DNA of 62,866 bases, counting the filler, from Sluysia triapertura (lineage: Eukaryota): NCBI GenBank assembly GCA_046118255.1. It is 5 parts of 5 records of this genome, joined end to end, with 100 filler letters (N's around TTAATTAATTAA, not from the genome) between each part and the next. Parts side by side here need not be neighbours in the genome. Positions count along the whole stretch, not along the records: positions 1 to 12,048 come from JBJNIA010144610.1; positions 12,149 to 25,188 come from JBJNIA010063859.1; 3 more parts are not named here. The stretch is one strand, 5' to 3'. A program made the translations under genes and the position numbers. The number at the start of each line of letters is the position of its first letter. The first letter of the stretch is position 1. Below are positions 1 through 12,213 of the stretch, one piece after another. Under the pieces are notes generated by a model. It was not told where the DNA came from and did not search any database. It saw only the letters and a program-made list of their open reading frames with translations.

Positions 1-799
1 ACAAAGAAAAACTAATTAAAATTCTTACAAAGATTTTTATAAAACTATAATATCAATAATGAGTTTATTAACTAGCTCAACCTCGGTTGGAAGTTTTAAA
101 AAATTTTAAAAATAAGTTACGCTTAAAAATAAAAATGAATTTAAGTCTATTTTACCATTCCCTTCTTAAGGTGAATAGACAAATCCTTAATAATAAAAAT
201 TACTTGGAAAGCATGAAATAAAATCGATATCTTCTAAAACTTTTTCTGAAAAACTTTTATAAAAATTTTGTGTAAATTTATGTTAAAAAACTTACTTATT
301 TATACAAAATTGACTTACTCTATATTGGAAGATGTCATTTATTTATTAAATTGATTTATTTAAATAAAACAAAGAAAATTTTATTTTTAATTTATTTTTT
401 AAATTTTATTTAAAATAAAGTATTAAATGTTAAAATTCACATTTTAAAATTTTAAGAAAATAATTTTTTGAAATTTTAAGATTTATATTTTAAAAGTTAA
501 ATTTTATTATAAATTAAAATTTATTTTACTTAAAATTTATTATAATAAAAATAATTATTTATACACATAAAAAGAAATATTATACTTATTATACGAGAAT
601 CAAATTATTTTGTACATAAAACTACAAAATACATTAACAGATCTATTGAATATTTGCTTATTGATATCTTCAACAACTTCATAAATATTCCATTTACCTC
701 TTCTAAATTTCAAAATAAATGTTCACTCTATGAATTAACAATTTTCTCATGTACATTAAAATATTTTCCAAATAAGTCTTTAGCTGTCTATGTATCTCA

Positions 800-1100
800 G
801 ATGAAAAATTCGAATGTATATGTTTGTGTATGATGTGATTATGCGATTAAGTGTTTTCCAAAGGTATTGATTGCATACTTATATATTACCAGATCTTTAC
901 CTCTAATAGATTAAGCAGTTAATTCCATCAACAATACCGGACTGATTGGGCATACTGAAACCTAAAGAGCACTGTGACAATGCATAATCTAAATGTACTC
1001 CATAACGAAAAGCCTTTATGATAGCAATGTGTTGGAGTAGCTGAAGGATGTATTGATAATAAGCTTTTCGATAATTTGTAATCTAAAGAAAAGTGGAAAT
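800..1100 (-). mobile_element. Possible decayed non-LTR reverse transcriptase fragment
   Basis: Minus strand gives IIKAFRYGVHLDYALSQCSLGF...IVDGINCLI, loosely like DxxKAFDxVxHxxL...G...WI. Confidence 0.25.
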
Positions 1101-1789
1101 GAAATGGACGATAACTAAGAAGCGAAATAAACGTAGTAATTTAAACTTGTTAATTAGTTGTGTTTATAAATGAGATATTTATATTGAAAAATAAGTAGGG
1201 GAAACGAAAAGATTCTCTGAAGTTTGTGTTTATTACTTAATTTAATTAAAATTATTTAAAAATCATTTTGACTCAATAACTATGTTTGTGATATTTTCAC
1301 ATGTGAAAGTTTCAAAAAATGAAATAAGATGTTGAAATTTATTAACGACGTGAACACTGCCATTATACAATGTCCATTTTAATTAATTTTCTTGTTAAAG
1401 TTAAATTTATTCGTTATAATAATCGTACGTTGTAAAAGTATGGATCAAATTAGTGATACTAAGATATCATGATTGGAATGCATTTACATTGACGTGTGAC
1501 GTATCGATGCCTTGCAGGAATTGTATCAATAGTTAGTATCGGACATAATTTTTATATTTTACCAAGTATATATTCAATTTAATTGATATATTACTGTAAT
1601 TTTAATATTATTATTTTGAAAGAGAAAAAAGTTTATTTGTCGCAAAATTCTTCATTTGCTGCATAATTAATTATTCATTAATTGTTGCATAATATTAAGA
1701 CAAATTATACTAAATTTAATTATTAAATTGGTCGGCTTAAAACCGACTCTAAGGAATAAGTATGTATCAATGACATGCAGATACATAGG

Positions 1790-2100
1790 AGACGGACTTT
1801 TTCTTCTGCAAGATGTCTATTTCACTGTAGTAGTGACAAAACATATGACTGAATCTTTCATTTGGCAATTGGCCAAATTTTATTTGTTGATTAATTTGTT
1901 TTAACCATTTATTGTGTTTGTTGATTTACTTTTATTTGGGTTTTTTAATTCTGGGTTTAATGCTATTTAAATTCTAGGTTTAAGTATTGTATTATTAATT
2001 TATATCCAATATTGATCTTCTATTGAGTTTTATTGAATTATAATTGATTTTGATATTGTTTTAAAGTTAAATGTACTGAGATTGCATTGCATTAGTTTTT
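1790..2100 (-). pseudogene. Possible gag remnant (N/Q-rich stretch plus degenerate CCHC knuckle)
   Basis: With one indel the minus strand gives CHYYSEI(G)HLAEE, similar to CxxCxxxGHxAxxC. Heavily decayed. Confidence 0.25.
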
Positions 2101-3048
2101 ACGTCGCCTTCATTGTTACCATCTTTTGTCAAAGATCTCATACAATATGTAAAGTGAAGTTGCCAAAAGAAAAATAACATCAAAAAATGTATAAAACCTT
2201 AAAAATTCCAAAAAGTAAAAAATGAAATAGTTTTATTTCAACTTTGTGTGACTACGTAACAGACCGCTTTAATTTATGCAAACTAATATATATTAGTTAA
2301 ACACAGTATTAAAAGAGAAAGCTAACTTGTTTGTAAATAACCTAACAAATGCTGAAATTAGTGGTATTGTGTAATAGTCAATAAACAATCGGTATTACTT
2401 TATTTAAAGGAAAGTATTTTAGAGCAATTGATGTGTATGTGTGTATAAAATTTTACTTCATCCAGGAAAGAAAATTACATTTGGTCCCAGGAGCAAAATA
2501 TTGAAATTAGCCTATATGCGGAGCTGACTCGACTTGAAATTTTTCTAAATATATTCAGAAGCCTGTATTTTTGAAACAAAATGCGGAAACATTTTAAGGA
2601 GTCTTAAAAACTTTTGGTGTATTCGTCGTATTTGATTTATATTCGCAACCTTCTCGAAAATTTTTTTATCAAATGTTGGTTTAACTCGACAATTTGCACT
2701 GACTGCAGCATTCATATTTTTATTCACACTCCTTGACTTTCTTGAATTTAGCAATCCTTTGTCTTTCCTTTTCTTATGTAACTTTGGCCACTTGAATTCC
2801 GTCTTGCAAAAGCTTCATCGGAATTTCTTGATTTTTGAGAATACTGAATATTTTTCAGGAAATTGACGTTTTTCCGATTATTTTGAGAAATGTGTTTTTC
2901 AGGGATTATTGATCGCTGAGAACTTTATACACTAATAGTTCTTACATATTCATTTTTGAATGAAGTTATTATATATTGTTTGGTAAATTAATATGATTTT
3001 CATTTCACTAATATTTAAGATATCATCCAGATAGACATTAGATGACAA

Positions 3049-3360
3049 ATGGTGACAAATGGAGAGCATCAAAGTCCTAAAGCATTAATGCAAATTAATG
3101 TGCTAATCAATGAATCAATAAATTTCTTTATGGAAATTCCAATAACAACACTAGTAGCAGAAATCATAGGCTAACTCAAATTGAATATGCAATTATTTTT
3201 TCATGATAGAGAATTAGTACCAGGTCAATACTTAAATGATTATGGATATCCCCCAGGGAATAACAATGAAATATTGAAAACATTTGCTGAATACTCAATT
3301 CAAAATAATGTAGTAACTAATGATGATATTTATTTAGATAAAACCCACATTCTTTTATGA
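3049..3360 (+). pseudogene. Ubiquitin-like domain at the start of a long decayed reading frame leading into the viral glycoprotein
   Basis: Frame from ATG 3049 reads MVTNGEHQSPKALMQINVLINESINFFMEIPITTLVAEIIG*LKLNMQLFFHDRELVPGQYLNDYGYPPG. It resembles ubiquitin MQIFV...RLIFAGKQLEDGRTLSDYN, with one in-frame TAA at 3172. Confidence 0.5.
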
Positions 3361-4072
3361 AACAGTTAATGGATGATGACGCTGAAACATTTCCAAACGA
3401 AACAATAACTATAGAAAGCGATGAAAATAATAAACCGGAATATGATCTGAACAGTAACCCAAAGACAGTACTATTAAAAGAGGCCCAGGAAGACCAAGAA
3501 AAACGGAATATGATAATAAATTAACAAAACAAATCCGGATCATAGAGATATTGATTTAACAAAAATAAATTCTGAGGGTTCCGAGAAAATTGTTCTAGAC
3601 ACTAAAAGTATAATCTATGCACTGCTATCGGACAAATTTACTGATTTTGACAAGTATAAAAAGATATTATTGAAGATAACAAATTCAAATTGTCCTTAAC
3701 CAAAATATTGAAACATAGAAAATAAATACAAAGACAAAGATGTTAATGAATATATAGATATGGGACATTATAAGTTAATAATAAATAAGCAAAATTAATA
3801 CGGGACCAAATAACGAAAAGATTAAAATAATATTGGCATAAATTATGTTGCAGTGCGACAAGGCAAGATTATTAACCAAAGAAAAAATAGAAAAAGTAGT
3901 AGAATTAGTAGATAGAAAACTTAAACTTTGGATTGATAATTAAGGAGGTTCGAGAAATGTGATTAAAGATACAATTAATCAAAATGAACCATTCAATTTA
4001 TTAACAAACTTATTCATCAATGGAGATATAATGAACACGGTGATACCACGACTTGGGAATTTCACTAATTAC

Positions 4073-5990
4073 ATGCTCTTTGTAATTATATTGCTGGAGA
4101 TGTTTGGAATAAATAAAACTAACGGAATAAAAGCTTTTGACTGTAACCAACCTCAAAATGGCAGAAAGTTTTCTTTATTGGATACTGAAAGTTGCCCAGA
4201 ATCCAGGCCAAACCGAATACAAATAAAAGATACCAAGATTGTAAACATATATCAGGAAGGAAATTTAGTTACAACACTAGTGAAGGAATGCACAGCAAAA
4301 GATCTGTAGCAATTTGGTATTCTGGGCAGCATAACCTCTCCTCAATAATCGAATAACCAAATGTCATGACCCTTTTAAGATACTATCGAATAACTGTAAA
4401 GATTCGTTCGAAATGGGATATATTGGCCTAAATAAAAAAGATAAATTACAAATAAAAAACTATGAAAAAATAATTTATAATGTTAGAACAGCTGGAAACG
4501 TATATCATGATGGAATTTGTAAAGAGGGTCAATTGAATGTGAAGGGAAACTTTATCATAACATAGTAGCATAGGAAACTTATATAGTAAGTCTGAAATCA
4601 TCTAATGAAAGTTTTGACATAGAAAAAAGTACAATGATGTCATGACCATATTGTAACGCAGATCAAACAAGTTGTGACTTTAATTTATGATTAAATAGAT
4701 TTCAATGTCCCTTGATTTTTCTTAAGCAGATAAGGTTTAATTTAGTGTCAGGATTTTTATATCAGAAAGACGAGTTTCCCTTAGAAGAATTGAAAAAAAC
4801 GAATCAATAAGAATACAGAATCTATACAGAGAGAAAGGTTAACGGAGGCCGAAGCAAAGTAGAAGACGGACTTATATTTATATAAAAAGGAACCGTTACA
4901 CGGTGTTGAAAAGAAATAAGAGAAACTAATTATCAAGGTATTTATATTTCGGAACAAATAATATTACAAGCGATTAAAAGAATTGATCCAAAAAATGTAA
5001 AGTTAAATACTTTAATAATAGGATAGACTTCTACTATCATTTAGGGTTGATGCCCTTAGAAAAGGTATACCAAGTAATTGTAGAAAGGGATTGTCAGCTA
5101 AATAAAGAAATATTAAGAACAAAACTGGCTATGGCAATAATAAGTCCAGACTTAGTATCTCCATTAATACCATTAGAAGAATGAGTTTTTGATAAACTAA
5201 TGGGAGAAGTCTTGTACACATATAAGTGTAAAAAGGTTGAAGTTCAATTGAGAATAGAAGCAGAGTGTACAAATGAATTGCCAGTATAGTATGGTGAAGT
5301 CCAAACATATTTAGAGCCAGTAATTCGAGTTTTATTTCTGAAGAATAAAGTGAAACCTAAAAGGATGCATTGTTCGGACATAATGGCTCCTGAATATGAA
5401 ATTGATTGGAATATGTGGATTTTGTTACCTCATAGAGGAAAAGTCAAAACACCTGCAATAGGAAGAGATAAATTAAAATATCTTAAATTCAGGTATATGT
5501 ACAAAAGAAGACATACAAGCCACTTGGCAAGGGATTTTATTCCATATAAAGAGGCAAATTTATTAACCGCCACAGTGAATAAAATTATTGTTGAAAAAGG
5601 GGGACAAATTAATTTTGAATTATTATTAGGCCCGGATCACTTTAGAAAGGCTGTTAAGAACACGTTAAGACACATTTTGGGTAGTTTTGTAGTTTTTGGT
5701 CAGGCTTTCGCAGGTCTAATTGGTATCTCTATGATAAAAGTAATTGCGCTATTAATTTCTCAGATATTTTCAGTGGTTGGGATTTATTAAATTTCATGTC
5801 AATAATTGGCGAAACATTTACTACATCATCATGCGAATGCATAAATAAACATTCTAAGGAAAGAAAAACAACAAACAGAAAATATTGAATTGCAAGTAGT
5901 ACAAAATAATGAAATAACAAACACAGTAAACGAAAAAGATGAAATCAAGGAACGATTATATCCTAATCCTCTTACGTCACCACCTCTAAA
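4073..5990 (+). pseudogene. Chuvirus-like (class III/gB-type) envelope glycoprotein, endogenous viral element or retroelement env, with stops and frameshifts
   Basis: Collinear motifs: hydrophobic signal (MLFVIILLEMFG); AFDC...FSLLDTESCP; WYSGQH; ERDCQLNKEILRTKLAMA; GEVLYTYKCKKVEVQLRIEAECTNELPV*YGEVQTYLEPVIRVL; C..IMAPEY.I...W; C-terminal TM segment FGQAFAGLIGISMIKVIALLISQIF. This pattern matches chuviral G proteins and their retroelement-captured homologues. Confidence 0.85.
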
Positions 5991-7199
5991 TGTAGTGTAC
6001 ATGCTTTGTGCTAACAATAACAAGCTGTAACTCAATTGCTTACTTTATCAAATACTATAAGAATTATAACAACTATATATTTAGAAGAAAGAGGTTAATT
6101 TCTAATAGTAATTTGGGAATTTTATTCCATTTTTGTCAGTCAATTTTACTCTGAAAGATGTTATAACAAAGTAATTATAAGTATGGAAAATTCATTTTCC
6201 CTTAATGATTATTGTGATGATTCAAGATGAATGATTAGTTTGATATTAACATCGAATCGTTTAAAAATATATTCTCTTTATCATCATTATTACAATTATT
6301 ATTTACATTATTAACATTGTTAATATATTAATAACTATTACTAAATTATTATTATTACTATTATTAAATTATTAAACTATTAAATTATTATTATTATTAT
6401 TGTTATTATTATTATTTTGTTATTTTATTATTACTGTTAATATTATTTTCTAATTACTACCAAAATAATTACTTATAGTTTTATTATTTTGGAAGACTTA
6501 AAACTATTTGAAATTTTATTTATTTTTGCATGTAGCTTAAATTTTAAATTATCAAAACAAATTAAACCTTTAATTATTAAACAATTTAAACTTTCTAAAA
6601 TTAATAAATTATGAAACAAAAAGGCTTAATACCTTTAAAAACAAGAATTAATTTTAAAGGCGAACAACGAAATTTGAGAATTTTTTTTATTAAATAACAA
6701 TATAACATACATGATTGTTTGTATATAATCAGAAATTAGCTTATCCGGCAGTATTGTCATTGACAAACATTTTTGACACTTTTGTTTGGTAATTAAATCT
6801 AAAAACATCGTCGAATTTATCAGTGAAACCAATTATCCCATTAATATTTTTGTCAAACTTGGAAATATTGATTTATGACTATAGAAAATAATTATTAATT
6901 TATATTTTTATAATTTTAAGGTACGGTCTCTTCAGAATTAATAACTTGGAGAAAACTAGAATAAGACCCTCTGATTATCTTTACTAATGTAATATAATTA
7001 TTTTATTTTAATGTGATTATTTTAAAAGTCATATATTTTTAGTTTGATTTTAGTTACTGATTATTTTAACTATAATTTAATTAAAAATTAAATGAAAAAA
7101 TCGCAAAAAATAATAACAATAACAATGGTAGTAAATGTCACTAATACTAATCCTAATTTTTGTTAACATAATTTACATGTAGAAAATACTAAATGGTTG

Positions 7200-7800
7200 T
7201 TTTTCAATCTATCATCACTAGACAGATTGAAATTTCGTTGAGTGCAATTATTGCAACCGTTACAGAAATTTTTTAACGTTTTAAATCAAATTGATTTTTA
7301 CAACAAATAAATAACGAATTTTATACAGGAAAATCATGGTTGCATAGTTGAAGAATGAGATTCATGTCATGTCTTTTAAGCGTATACCTAAGGAAGCATC
7401 ATTGGATGATACTGAATTTTCCAGTATCGCTTTTGATACAAAATAGCTTTGTAATTTCCTAACAAACTGCAGATTTCCTCACGTTTTCTTATCAATTCTA
7501 CATTATGCATGTGTAACGCTTCATTGACATGCTTATAAATATAATTATGATCGAAAATGTTTACATAAAAACTACTACCGTTATTAATATCTTCTGTTTG
7601 ACAATAAAGAGACATCTATACTTTTCCATTATAATTTTTCCTTTCGTTTTATGAAGAAGTACTGAATACCATTTAATAAGATTATTTGTACTATCAAAGT
7701 TGTGAAATGTTTTTAGCTTAACGCATGAAATTCGTTTCAAAACATCTATGGGACATTTTGGTTCTTTGTCTTGATGACTGTTAGATATTGTAATAGTAGT
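7200..7800 (-). pseudogene. Decayed coding-like region of unknown product next to the cassette terminus
   Basis: ORF 7388-7615 plus open stretches in adjacent frames upstream and downstream (ending CNHDF...FICCK). No family recognised. Confidence 0.3.
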
Positions 7801-7874
7801 GGTAAATTGGTTATCATTCTACTTGAATAAGATTTTTTTAATTTAAGTATTTTCGTCTATTATTTTACTTCTAC

Positions 7875-8440
7875 TGTTGGGATTGCCCAACAGTGGATCT
7901 CGATATGAATGAAAACATATAAAATCATAAAATGAGGGAAAAACTGATATAAGTGATGGATTGAACATTATAAACATTGTTGAAATAAGAATCATGAAAG
8001 AATATCTTAAGGTTCCAAAGTCATATATAAGGTTTTAAGATCTTAATATGGCTTGATATGGAATTGAAAGACTTTTGGAAGTATTAGGGTACCTTTTGAA
8101 ACGTGCAGCTTTGGGGTTATTTGAAACCTAATTGGCCTTTAAGTATTCTTGAGAAAGTGAAATTAAATTCATTATTTTTATGTATGTTAACAGTACTGCT
8201 GATTGTCTTTTTAATGTGAAAAATAATTTAAGTAAAAATAGATTGAGTAGAGTAAAAGAAAATGACGGTTGATAATAAATCAGATTTCTATGTTGGGTGG
8301 ACCTTACCATGTAGTTGTTAAAGTCGTAATTGTCGGTCTGATCCTCAAAGAGGTTCGGATGATTTGTGTGAGAGAATGTTTGGTTGTGAGATTGTGAATT
8401 GATTGGATGATGAGAGAATATAAATAAAAATTTCAAAAAA
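7875..8440 (+). repeat. Module A, copy 1: dispersed repeat starting with the hairpin TGTTGGG-ATTG-CCCAAC
   Basis: Stem-loop ACTGTTGGG-ATTG-CCCAACAGT at 7873-7894. The start matches 36790-36866, and 8160-8400 aligns in reverse complement with 32445-32670. Confidence 0.8.
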
Positions 8441-8527
8441 TAATAATAATAAATCCATTGAGAAAATCATTGCTTTGGTTTGATTATTATTATTATTTTA
8501 ATTGATTTTTTGTTGGTGGAATTATTT

Positions 8528-10102
8528 TTAAATTTTATTATTACTTTGCCAATTTATTTTTAAAATAATTTGATTTTTAGGGTTTAGTGTTGTTTGATTA
8601 AAATTTTTTAAAATCGCATATAAATTAATTAAATATACTATTAAATTTATACAATCCTTATTATTATAATTATTATTCAAACTAAATACTAAATATTTAA
8701 AATCATTACATGGATTATTAAAATTTAATTTACATGAAGACAGAAAGAACTCATAAACAAACAAAAGATTTTTATTTTGTAACAAATTATATATTATCAA
8801 ATTAACCGCTATATCCTTGTTCACGAAGTGTAGTCCAACTTCTAAATGATCATCTAGACAACGAAAAAAAAGGTTATATAATTTACGAGAAATTTTAATA
8901 AAATAAAAAATTACGTTTTTTGCTTTCAAATTATAGCTATTGGGTTCGTCGCCTTGACCAAGTATACATCCTTTGTACGTCTTTCGCCATAGTAGAGTTG
9001 AGCATATGGTTTCATCGTTTGTCTTATGTTTATTTTCGACATCACTTGATCTGTTGTGAAAACTCTGAATAAACACATAATACGGATCTAAAAACACCTT
9101 GAAATCGCCCTTTGCTGAATATATAGAAAAACTATTTTTTGATTGTTGAATATTAAATGAGCTATTGAACGACTTTATATGATTAACGAACAGGAAGATA
9201 ATTGTACGTTCCGACACTATATGTACTGTGTACACAGTTCTGGTTGCTAAAGTTACCTCCATGCAATTCATGTGATGAAATTTTAGACATTCGTCATTGA
9301 GGTTAGAGAGTTCATAATTTTTGAAATCATTATCATTTATACTTGATTTGGCAACATTTAATTTTGATTCTGAAATCTGAACTTTTTTGTACATACTAAT
9401 TTAATTTCAATACAAAAGTGATTCTTGATGATATGACGGATTAGACGAGTAAATCAGTTGATCTAAAATTGAGTGGATGATTAAAATACGTTCTTCGTTG
9501 TTTTTAAATGAAATATATTTGTCCGGCTCTTTAGATACTTCATATATTAATTTCTTAATGTAACTTAATAAATACAATTATAGTTTGTTGAAAGTAGAAC
9601 GGTTATTGTGAGCTGACTTTGTTAGCTGTTCACATAGAGAAATCGATTCTGTTAGATTCCTTAAACTATAACATTTGGAAGAGCGTAAACGCCATAAATT
9701 ACTTGAAATTGGTGCAGTTAACATGATCAACATAATTAGTTCAGCCTTGAGCTCTAATCTTAACTTCTGAATTACATTGTAATCTTTTATTGATAAATTA
9801 TTGTGACTCCTAAGGCTATGGTGATTCAATATGAATCTTGATTTATAATCTTTAAGATATTGATATACTAAACAAATCTTATTATTCGTACGTAGTCTAC
9901 TCGCGGTGAACAAGTTAACTAGAACATTAAACCAGGACGTTTCATTACAAGATTCGATAAATAAATTATTACCAGAATAATGGACGATTTCCAATGAATT
10001 AAGCATACTACTTCTTGTTTTCTTGCAATCCCATTTGAAGCCAATGTTTATAACAGTTATCAGAAGCATGGTTTGTCTCAAAATAGATATATCAAAATTC
10101 AA
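8528..10102 (-). pseudogene. Unknown intronless ~525-codon gene, paralogue 1 (three in-frame stops, no frameshift)
   Basis: ORFs 9578-10102 and 8528-9394 are in the same frame. The gap between them reads L*LYLLSYIKKLIYEVSKEPDKY...ESLLY*N*ISMYKK. Motifs are shared collinearly with 17438-19107. Confidence 0.75.
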
Positions 10103-10199
10103 TTTTTTAATTTTTTTTGTTTTTAATCGTTCGCAATTATTTAATTTTTTTCGTCAATTTTTAGATTTTAATTTTTTCAGTTAGATGATCAATAATTTA

Positions 10200-10375
10200 T
10201 AATTGGTCATCCAATCAGAATTATCTATCTGAAGTTTTGTGAATTTATTTCTGATTGGATGGCAGTAATATGAATGGAAAATATGATATAGCAGTGTTGA
10301 CGATTGATTAGCCGTCATCAATATTGACACAAATGTATCTACTGTAATGAGTAGTGTCAATATTGGTGGTGGTAA
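10200..10375 (-). promoter_or_regulatory. Promoter-like block with inverted CCAAT pair upstream of paralogue 1
   Basis: CCAATCAGAA...TTCTGATTGG inverted repeat, CAATATTGACAC...GTGTCAATATTG inverted repeat, then CCAAT-TTATAAA ~100 bp before the ORF. The homologous block is at 19205-19335. Confidence 0.55.
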
Positions 10376-10399
10376 ATTAATAAATTAAATTTGATTATA

Positions 10400-11100
10400 A
10401 AATTTTGTAAAATTTTATAAATACTTGTTTTCTTAACTAACAAGAACTTACTATTTCTTTCCTTAATTACTAAACATATTTCGAATGTATTCTAATAAAT
10501 ATGTGTGTATCTAAACTGAAAATCTTTGCGTAAAGGTTATTTTATGTAAAGGTTGTTTTAAATTTTATACTATGGTGTAGAATGTTAGAGTGGATTTCTA
10601 GATGATAGATAATGTTTTTGATTAAAAGCGACATTTGAACGTTGAACAAAAGGTGCATTAAGAAGAGTGTGGTTTGATATATGTGAGAAGATAAATTAGA
10701 GTATAACTCTTGGTATATTTAAAAGGTTAATGTGCAATATTTTATGTGATTTATTTATTGTTGTTTTTGAGTGATATCATATTTTTTGCTGTTAGGGATT
10801 ATGTGATGATAACTGATGAATTTAAAATGTTATAATTGATTCGAAGATGTGTAGTGAATAATTTCAAATGTGGATATTATTTGATTGCTGTGAATGTAGA
10901 GTTATATGTTCTTGATGGATTTGTTGATGTTAACTGGTAGTATTGGATGCAAATGTGATGTATAAGCTATAAGGTTGTGAATAAAATTTAACTTTGACAG
11001 ATGAATTGTCCTATGGGTGTAGTACAGATGATATGTGAATATTAGAATGTTAAGGGTTATTTTATCGAATTTTACAAAAAATTAAGTGTTGATCACCACA
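10400..11100 (-). repeat. Module B, copy 1: strand-biased terminal module starting TGTGGTGATCAAC
   Basis: G/T-rich and C-poor on +. The terminus and internal words (CATAGGACA, CACAACCTTA) are shared with 19440-20174 and 36352-36789. Confidence 0.65.
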
Positions 11101-11908
11101 TAGGTAATTGAAGATAATTTTAGTGGGAAACTCCCTTCATAATTTATTTTAAAATATTGAGTTTATTTTTGTTTTTAAGGAATTTTATTATTACTTAGTG
11201 GAAGACTCCCTGTACAGTTCGTTTTTAAGATAAAATATTAATCTAACAATAATATTTTAAACTTTCTGAATATTTTTTTAGTCTGTTGCGTTACTCCTGG
11301 TTTTTTAGACTGTCATATTCTCGATACTACATATGTTATTGCTAATTCTCTAGTTTTAATTATTTTATTTTTGTTAGTAAAGACTTATAACAGTATTTTG
11401 TATTTGACTTTTTTATATTCATAAAATTATTGAATTGTTGCTTATTTTGTTTTAAAACACCTAATTTTGGGTTTTATCGAAATAAGGAAATTGTGAGAAT
11501 TTTATATTGAATTTAGTGATTAATTATTGAGGTTTTGTTAAATACAGTAATCGACGTTATTATTAAATATAAAGGCGCAACACAATGACAATACAAATTA
11601 ATCTTTATAAAAAGGTAAATTATTCTTTAAAGACAAATTACAACCAGGGCTGACACACTTATTTAAACTTTAGCACCCGTATCAATGCAAAATATAAACA
11701 GTAAGATATATATCACTAACCCTTCTTCTAAAAAGAAAATGGATTATTTTAGTCAATTGCTAAAGAAATGACTTTGGTTTCACCGGTATCCACTTAAGGA
11801 CCAAAGCAGCTTCCCACCTATTCTCGCTTACTTCTGTTTTAATTGCAGAAATGTAACTGCCTATATACCAGTTTCATGGCAGTTAGTGCAATTAGAAAAT
11901 CAGAAATC

Positions 11909-12006
11909 GAACAAGACGGAAATTAAAGCTGTCGATTTTCTTTTAGTCGGAAATAAGCCGACTAATTTCGTCGATTAAATGTCGACAGCAATTTCCGTCT
12001 TTGTTC
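11909..12006. repeat. Long imperfect nested hairpin (MITE- or Helitron-end-like)
   Basis: Outer arms GAACAA-GACGGAAATT-aaa-GCTGTCGA ... TCGACAGC-AATTTCCGTC-t-TTGTTC, with inner TTAGTCGG-AAATAAG-CCGACTAA. Confidence 0.7.
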
Positions 12007-12048
12007 AACTTTATTATCATTCCAATTATCTAAAGATAATGAGATTTG

Positions 12049-12148
12049 NNNNNNNNNNNNNNNNNNNNNNNNNNNNNNNNNNNNNNNNNNNNTTAATTAA
12101 TTAANNNNNNNNNNNNNNNNNNNNNNNNNNNNNNNNNNNNNNNNNNNN
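12049..12148. other. Assembly gap with TTAATTAATTAA spacer (same at 25189-25288, 36867-36966, 51401-51500; plain N gap at 14001-14289)
   Basis: 100-nt N runs with an identical central all-frame-stop linker, i.e. a scaffolding artefact. Confidence 0.95.
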
Positions 12149-12152
12149 TATT

Positions 12153-12213
<61 letters not shown>

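Noticed and set aside
6921-6987. Exon-like segment (possible upstream carboxypeptidase or GH1-like exon)
   Set aside because: All three frames contain a stop before the GT, and the similarity needs frameshifts.
7875-11100. Classification of the cassette as a Helitron or a canonical solo LTR
   Set aside because: No TC...CTRR ends, no target-site duplication, and no PBS or PPT at its borders; left unclassified.
12093-12104. TTAATTAATTAA palindrome repeated four times in the window
   Set aside because: Always centred in 100-nt N gaps; a scaffolding linker, not biology.
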